From contig JAZAHK010000005.1 of assembly GCA_036231405.1 (NCBI GenBank), positions 1 to 23,533 of the forward strand: a DNA stretch of 23,533 nt, given 5' to 3'. Positions 17,815 through 23,533 of the stretch are shown here, in pieces. How positions within the stretch are numbered: the first letter of the stretch is position 1; each line of letters starts with the position of its first letter. The position numbers and the translations under genes were made by a program. The DNA is from Nitrospinota bacterium. Its GTDB lineage: Bacteria; UBA8248. A model generated the notes under the pieces. The model was given only the letters and a program-made list of their open reading frames with translations. It did no database searches and was not told where the DNA came from.

Positions 17815-18959
17815 TCAACCAAGAATCTGTAAGCAACAATTCCCCATTGTTCTTTAATTAATTTTTTTTTAACTAAATTATTAAACTTCCATTTTTTCAA
17901 ATGATTAATAGCAGATACTTCTAAAATTGCATTAGCTTTTTTTTCAACTAAAATCCTCCCAACACTTCCATCAGAAAGAACCCAGAACTTAAGAACAACA
18001 GTTGCAGGAGTTTGCAACGAATTTATTTTGGGAGGAGGTGGTGTGAAAATCAATTGACGTGTACGTTTCTGCATCTCCTTACGCAATGGGCTATCAACCA
18101 TAACCACTTTCTTGCTATCCAAATTTTTCTGAATTTGATCAATATATTTATCTATATCGAAACCTACTTTCGAGACATCCAAAGCTCCAACTTGTTTTCC
18201 AATAATCTTAGGAAGATATGCATGTAACTTCTTATTTTTTTTCCTTGCTAAAATCTGTTTAGCTTTTTTTTTGATAGATAAATAAGAAAACTTTACATTC
18301 TTAGACGCAGTCTTCTTCAGGGCACTTTTCAGATCAATCAATTTCATATTTTTATTATTTGAAAATCTTTTAATTAAAGAAGATTTTTTAGGATGTCGCA
18401 CTGGATACACCAGTTTAGGAGGTTTAATTTTTGATGGATATTCAGGAGTTTGTACATAAGGGATAAAAGCAGGAGAACTTGGTTTTATTGGCATAACTTG
18501 ACTTTTAACGCCGGGGATATTCTTGGCTTCAAAAAAAACGGGCCTTGATGGCATTTTAGGCAATTCAATCTTCGACAAAGCATTTGGATTCAAATAAAAA
18601 GGCTTTGATGGCAATTTAGGAGAGTTAATCTTAGGCAAAGAATTTGGGTCCGAAAAAATAGGTTTAGATGGCAATTTAGGAAATTTAACCTTAGACAAAG
18701 CATTTGGATTCGGGAAAATAGGTTTAGTTGGCATCCTAGATCTTTTTACCTTAGGAATGTGTTTTGGCCTAAGAACTTGAGGGACTGGCTTGTGAATTAA
18801 TGCTTTAGGCAATTGTAAATGACGACTTATGAAAGATACTTCATGCTTTTTATATTCAGGCATACTCATCTTTGGGAGCACAACATCTGGAGCGAAAACC
18901 ACTAATAGAACATGGATGATTATTGACCCAAATATTCCATAGATTAACCGTAACGTCAT
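17811..18959 (-). CDS. tonB: TonB-family energy transducer
   Basis: N-terminal TM with SxxxH (SIIIH), long Pro/Lys-rich linker, C-terminal V.LKF.V..DGSV...A...LKKWKF domain. Lies downstream of exbB-exbD. Confidence 0.8.
   Translation of the reverse strand: MTLRLIYGIFGSIIIHVLLVVFAPDVVLPKMSMPEYKKHEVSFISRHLQLPKALIHKPVPQVLRPKHIPKVKRSRMPTKPIFPNPNALSKVKFPKLPSKPIFSDPNSLPKINSPKLPSKPFYLNPNALSKIELPKMPSRPVFFEAKNIPGVKSQVMPIKPSSPAFIPYVQTPEYPSKIKPPKLVYPVRHPKKSSLIKRFSNNKNMKLIDLKSALKKTASKNVKFSYLSIKKKAKQILARKKNKKLHAYLPKIIGKQVGALDVSKVGFDIDKYIDQIQKNLDSKKVVMVDSPLRKEMQKRTRQLIFTPPPPKINSLQTPATVVLKFWVLSDGSVGRILVEKKANAILEVSAINHLKKWKFNNLVKKKLIKEQWGIVAYRFLVD
18481..18780 (-). repeat. Degenerate 60-bp (20-aa) tandem repeat, about 5 copies, in the TonB linker
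   Basis: Units begin ggttttattggca, ggccttgatggca, ggctttgatggca, ggtttagatggca and ggtttagttggca at 18481, 18541, 18601, 18661 and 18721. Protein units resemble KPIFPNPNALSKVKFPKLPS. Confidence 0.9.
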
Positions 18960-18986
18960 TATAGAAACACCTTAAATGTAAAAAAA

Positions 18987-19397
18987 TTATTTCTCTAAAT
19001 TTATTGGCTCCGTAGCAATTGCGAGATTAGGGAAGCCAGCCTGTTTTACAACATCCATAACCTTAACGACAAAACCATGGGAAACATCACGATCTGCACG
19101 AATCACAACTGTACCATTTGCTTGCTTCTTGGCCTCTTTCTGGAAACGTTCAAAGATATTAGAATATTTTGTCAGTTTGTTATTTATGAAAACTCTTTTA
19201 TCTCGCGCAATTATGACTACGATCTCCTTCCTAACAGGAAGTTGTTTCGTCAACGTTTTAGGTAGTTTTATTTTTATAGCAGGTTGCAAAACAAAGGCAG
19301 AACTTAGAACAAAGAAGATCAATAATAAGAAGACGATATCTATCATAGCTGTTAACCCTGGCTGTGCTTTTACACGACGGTAATCACGAAATTTCAT
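18987..19397 (-). CDS. exbD: Biopolymer transport protein ExbD/TolR
   Basis: TAMIDIVFLLLIFF TM with essential Asp, I.LP, IRAD..V.HG.VV.VMD....AG. Confidence 0.93.
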   Translation of the reverse strand: MKFRDYRRVKAQPGLTAMIDIVFLLLIFFVLSSAFVLQPAIKIKLPKTLTKQLPVRKEIVVIIARDKRVFINNKLTKYSNIFERFQKEAKKQANGTVVIRADRDVSHGFVVKVMDVVKQAGFPNLAIATEPINLEK

Positions 19398-19399
19398 GA

Positions 19400-20011
19400 T
19401 TATTCCTCTACAATTACTTCAATAAGTTGAGTTACATGATTTTCAATTTTTAACAAATATTTATCTATTCTTCCACTGAAGTAATTAAAGAAAACTAATG
19501 CAGGAATCCCCACAACCAAACCAGTAGCTGTCGTAACGAGTGCCTCGCTTATTCCACTTGCAAGTTGACTTGGATGCGCTATACCTTTTTCGCTTATAAC
19601 GGTAAAAACCTTGATCATACCGAATACTGTCCCTGTCAAACCTAAAAGAGGAGTTACGGCTGCAATCGTTCCAAGTGTCTGTAAATTTTTTTCCAAAACA
19701 GGAACTTCTTGACGACCTGCATTCTCAGCAGTTTCTTTAAGTACTCCCCTCCCTTTAAAATTACTTTTCAGAACTTCAATAATGATTCTTCCTATAGAGG
19801 AAGAATTTTTTTCACACAAAATTATTGCTTCTGAAATCTTTTTCTGAACAACTAAACCTCTTACACTTCTAATCACATCTAACTTAACAATCTGTTTTTC
19901 CCTTAACACAATTATTCTCTCAATAATGATAGCCAGAGAAAGAATGGAACAGACAAAAAGAGGAATCATTAAAATGCCTCCGCTCCAAAGCAATTCTGCA
20001 AAAGTTCCCAT
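19400..20011 (-). CDS. exbB: MotA/TolQ/ExbB proton channel protein
   Basis: GG.LM.PL, IIER, LGTIA...PLLGL.GTV.GMI, LA.GISEAL.TTA.GL.V.IPA. Confidence 0.93.
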   Translation of the reverse strand: MGTFAELLWSGGILMIPLFVCSILSLAIIIERIIVLREKQIVKLDVIRSVRGLVVQKKISEAIILCEKNSSSIGRIIIEVLKSNFKGRGVLKETAENAGRQEVPVLEKNLQTLGTIAAVTPLLGLTGTVFGMIKVFTVISEKGIAHPSQLASGISEALVTTATGLVVGIPALVFFNYFSGRIDKYLLKIENHVTQLIEVIVEE

Positions 20012-20055
20012 TTTAATTTCCTCTCAATATAATGAATTTTAACTACACTATTTTT

Positions 20056-23000
20056 TCATTGAACTCTAATTTTACTGGAAAGACGATGTAATTCTTTAAC
20101 GGCTATTTTATTACACTTTTTCAAATTAACCGAACGTCCTATTTTTTCAAGAATCTTCTGGGCAGTCAAAAGTTTTCCTCTTGATTCATACAGTGAAGAA
20201 GATTTCAACAAAGACCTACAAACTATATCTCTATCATCATAAAACTTATAAGCCAACTTTAAATATTTCACTTCTGTATTTTGAATTTTTTTCTTTTCAA
20301 GAATAAGGATTAGAAGAAATTGAGCTCTTGCCGAAATACTTGGATCTTTCAATTTAGAAGCTGGCAATAAAGTTTTTTTTGCTTCCGAAAAACGTCCTTC
20401 TTGAATAAGGATACTACCAAGTTCGATCATAGAATTCACTCTCAATTCAACACTAGACTTTTTAGGGGTTTCAATTACTTTTTCAAATTGTTTAATAGAT
20501 AGTTCTTTCTCTCCTAACTCCCTATAACAAATCCCTAGACGATACCTTACAAGAAATTCATACTCGTGGCTTGAAAATTCAGATAAGAATAAGACAAGCC
20601 ATTTTTTCGACTCTAAATATCTACCAATCTTGAACAGTGTTTCTCCTAGTCCGAAAAGAACATTCGCACGCATTCTATGTTTAGGATATTTTTTTAGAAC
20701 CCTTTCGTAGGAACTTAAAGAAGCATCAATTTTACCTCTCAAACTATGAATCATAGAGATCCTAAACAAAGCTTGAGCTGCGAAAGGGGAGTTCGGATGT
20801 TCTGCAACAATTTGCAAATACTCTTCAAAAGCATTTTTCAATTTTCTTCGAGAATAAAACATTTCCGCAATTTGAAAGGAAAGAGCAATGCTAAGAATAT
20901 CTTTAGGAGATTTTTTGATAACTTGTCTCGCTTCAATTAGAAATTTAGAAAAATTCTTCCTTCTTGCATTTGTCATAGCAAAGCTATATGCAGCCTCCCT
21001 TGCCTCGAGGTGCGATGCGAATTTTTTTACAATTAGCGAATATGATTTTTCCGCATCCTCAAAATCCTGAAGATTATACTGCGCATCGCCTATCCTTAAG
21101 AACGCTTTTGGCAAAAACTTAGAATTAGGACTGCTCTTAACAAAATTTCTCAATCTTTTCAGAGAAACTTTATAATTCAACTTATGAAAGGGAATTAATG
21201 CGTAATTAAACTTAACTTCGTCCAGAAACTTTGACTTGGAATATTTTTTCAAGAACCTTGAAAGTGCAGGTTCTGCAATTTTTAATTTATTCCTTTGTAT
21301 CAGCAATTTTATTTTTTGGAACAAAGCGCGTTCAGAAACCAGAGTTCCATCAAATCTCTTTTCTACACGATCAAATGTATCTATCGCCTTCTGATAGTCG
21401 CCTAAGTTAAATTTAGACTCTGCAGAACGAAAGAGAGCTTCAGAAGCAAATTTTCCAAAAGGATCGGAATAAAAAGTTTTTTCAAACAAATTTGCGGACT
21501 TCTCCCAATCTTCACGAAGAAAATGAATCCACGCTAATCCCATTCGAGACTGTAAATACGAAGGAGAGGAAGAAGGAATCGAAGAATAAATATCTTTAGC
21601 CCTTGCATACTTACCATTTAAAAGCAAAATTTCACCGAGCCAAACAGATGCAATCTCTTTTACTGTTTTATCTGCACTTTTTTCTAATGACAGAAGAGAA
21701 TTAAGAGTGTCTTTTGCAACTTTATAATCTTTTAAACGTATGGCAACAAAGGAAAAAATTAAACTTGATATCTCTTTCAATCTTTCTTCACCTTGAAAAC
21801 TTCTATACTCCGAAAGTTCATTTGCTCTTTTCAATATACCGAAAGATTTAGAAAATTCTCCTTTATGATAAAGGCACAATCCTTCAAGGATTAGAGAAAT
21901 TGGATAAATTCTTCTTAGAGGATTTCGATTACTTAATTTAGTCGCAAACTGCAATGCAGACAAAAACTGTTGCTTTTCAAACAGTGCCCATGCAAGTTCA
22001 AGATAGAGGTTTTGAACTTGAGAAGAATCAGGAAAGAGTTTTCTGAAACTTTCAACTTCCTTAATAATTACATTTGCACGGAAATTGCCTTTTCTAAATA
22101 AACGCAATTTGGCAGAAATTCGACCAACGTGCACAGATGAAATCAGAAATTGAGTCGGATACTTTTTTTCGAACAACTGAAATGAAACCAGTGCGCCTTG
22201 ATACCTACCCAGCCTTAACTCACTCCAAGCCTTTCCATAAATGGCCACACTCTCATAAGAAGAATCTATTTTTTGTTTTGTCCCTGATAATTTTATTGCT
22301 CTCTCAAAATAATTAAGGGAAACTGCGTACCTTTTCTTCTTCGCAGAAACAATGCCAGCGTTCACAAGAGATCTTATCTGGAATGGGCCTTTATGGCGAG
22401 ATAAATACACCCATTTCTTTTGTGCTAAAGTAAATTTCTTTTGCTTTAATAAGACCCATGCCTTTAAAAAGGTAGCATGATCAGAATAATTAGTATCTTT
22501 CCACTTTTTTGCTTCTAGATGTTTTGCACACAGATAAAAATTATTATTTTTACAGGCCTGCAAAGCCGAATAGAATCTAGCAGAAGAAACATAGGGAATT
22601 GACACATCGTTTTTCATTGTCAAAAGCTCTTTTCTCCAAACGTTTGCCTTCATATGATCATCCATTTCCAAAAGAGCTTCTATACCCCAAAATAAGGATG
22701 CAGAGTAAAAAAGTGCATTACCATTCTCTTGGGCTTTGTCCTTTGATCTCTTGAAATAGTAAAATGCCTCTATTGGAGATTTCTTATGGAGATGCGCCCG
22801 TCCTGTTTCAAAAAGATCTTTCATGTCTCCAAACAAACCTAAATACCAAGAATATCCCGTATAGGCTAATTCAGTATCCAGTTTGGATTCTGAGGGGAAA
22901 AACCGATCGGGAAGTTGAATATCAGGAAAATTAGATTCCACAAAAAAATCGGGAAATACCACTCCAAAATACTTAGGGGGAACCAAAGGTTTCCTAACCC

Positions 23001-23196
23001 CTATTATTTTAGATTTGTTTTGCCAATTTACAGTCACAGACGGAATTTTAAGTTTTAATTCCAATTCTTTTCCAATCACCTCCCCTGTATTTCCAACCAA
23101 GTTCAGTGGAAATGAGACAAAAAAATAAAAAATAATGCAAAACAAAATGACCGAAACTGGAAACTTTATTTTAAAAAAAAGTTTTTTTGCATACAT
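20056..23196 (-). CDS. Large exported tetratricopeptide-repeat protein (1046 aa)
   Basis: N-terminal hydrophobic segment and many TPR-like units (A.F..A/G..Y..G.Y..A...F/Y......YP.S) resembling CpoB/BamD-type TPRs. Confidence 0.85.
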   Translation of the reverse strand: MYAKKLFFKIKFPVSVILFCIIFYFFVSFPLNLVGNTGEVIGKELELKLKIPSVTVNWQNKSKIIGVRKPLVPPKYFGVVFPDFFVESNFPDIQLPDRFFPSESKLDTELAYTGYSWYLGLFGDMKDLFETGRAHLHKKSPIEAFYYFKRSKDKAQENGNALFYSASLFWGIEALLEMDDHMKANVWRKELLTMKNDVSIPYVSSARFYSALQACKNNNFYLCAKHLEAKKWKDTNYSDHATFLKAWVLLKQKKFTLAQKKWVYLSRHKGPFQIRSLVNAGIVSAKKKRYAVSLNYFERAIKLSGTKQKIDSSYESVAIYGKAWSELRLGRYQGALVSFQLFEKKYPTQFLISSVHVGRISAKLRLFRKGNFRANVIIKEVESFRKLFPDSSQVQNLYLELAWALFEKQQFLSALQFATKLSNRNPLRRIYPISLILEGLCLYHKGEFSKSFGILKRANELSEYRSFQGEERLKEISSLIFSFVAIRLKDYKVAKDTLNSLLSLEKSADKTVKEIASVWLGEILLLNGKYARAKDIYSSIPSSSPSYLQSRMGLAWIHFLREDWEKSANLFEKTFYSDPFGKFASEALFRSAESKFNLGDYQKAIDTFDRVEKRFDGTLVSERALFQKIKLLIQRNKLKIAEPALSRFLKKYSKSKFLDEVKFNYALIPFHKLNYKVSLKRLRNFVKSSPNSKFLPKAFLRIGDAQYNLQDFEDAEKSYSLIVKKFASHLEAREAAYSFAMTNARRKNFSKFLIEARQVIKKSPKDILSIALSFQIAEMFYSRRKLKNAFEEYLQIVAEHPNSPFAAQALFRISMIHSLRGKIDASLSSYERVLKKYPKHRMRANVLFGLGETLFKIGRYLESKKWLVLFLSEFSSHEYEFLVRYRLGICYRELGEKELSIKQFEKVIETPKKSSVELRVNSMIELGSILIQEGRFSEAKKTLLPASKLKDPSISARAQFLLILILEKKKIQNTEVKYLKLAYKFYDDRDIVCRSLLKSSSLYESRGKLLTAQKILEKIGRSVNLKKCNKIAVKELHRLSSKIRVQ

Positions 23197-23204
23197 AAAA
23201 AATT

Positions 23205-23533
23205 CTACCTAAATAAGGGTTCTCTAGTACGTATAAGCTTTTCTCGTTCCATTACCTTTTCACGATACTCTTTCTCCTGCAAACGAATCTTTCGCTTCCT
23301 CTCCTTCACCTTCTCGAGATATTCCTCTTCCAATTTACGTACTTTCTTTTTGTAAGAATCAAGTTTCTTGGTATTCTCTACTTTCAGCGCACGTACCTTC
23401 TTCTTCCTCTCCTTCACCTTCTCGAGATATTCCTCTTCCAATTTACGTACTTTCTTTTTGTAAGAATCAAGTTTCTTGGTATTCTCTACTTTCAGCGCAC
23501 GTACCTTCTTCTTCCTCTCCTTCACCTTCTCGA
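23205..23533 (-). CDS. C-terminal part of a highly charged alpha-helical repeat protein (5'-truncated)
   Basis: Frame is open to the window end with a TAG stop at 23207-23205, 8 bp before the TPR start. K/E/R-rich, no Pro or Gly in the repeat. Confidence 0.75.
   Translation of the reverse strand, partial: EKVKERKKKVRALKVENTKKLDSYKKKVRKLEEEYLEKVKERKKKVRALKVENTKKLDSYKKKVRKLEEEYLEKVKERKRKIRLQEKEYREKVMEREKLIRTREPLFR
23295..23533. repeat. Perfect 108-bp tandem repeat (at least 2.2 copies, runs off the window)
   Basis: cttcctctccttcaccttctcga starts at 23295, 23403 and 23511. The two full copies are identical and encode a 36-aa unit. Confidence 0.97.

Noticed and set aside
18481-18780. 60-bp periodic repeat as a CRISPR-like or non-coding array
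   Set aside because: The units are degenerate along their whole length and lie in frame within tonB.
23295-23533. 108-bp repeat as a CRISPR array
   Set aside because: The copies are contiguous with no unique spacers, the length is a multiple of 3 within an open frame, and no cas genes are present.

Overview
AT-rich bacterial chromosomal window with 25 protein-coding genes, two of them cut by the window edges. I found no RNA genes, CRISPR array or mobile element. In order, it contains: the 3' end of ddl; a three-gene lipid-modification unit in which a cyclopropane-synthase-type (Cfa) methyltransferase appears split into separate N-terminal and catalytic genes flanking a geranylgeranyl-reductase-family flavoprotein; apbC/mrp followed by Gfo/Idh/MocA, 2-hydroxyacid dehydrogenase and EamA genes; etfBA; a minus-strand run of an LLM oxidoreductase, a non-canonical M24 metalloenzyme, an orphan msrP, an atypical SDR, an LVIVD propeller and a cyclase-family hydrolase; then HU, hisC, a MoaD/ThiS carrier and MaoC; and a TPR-ExbB-ExbD-TonB cluster preceded by a partial gene with perfect 108-bp tandem repeats. 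The strongest candidate for a new system is the split Cfa plus reductase unit (592-2980), possibly a methyl-branched fatty-acid pathway. All family calls come from motif recognition by eye; no database search was run.
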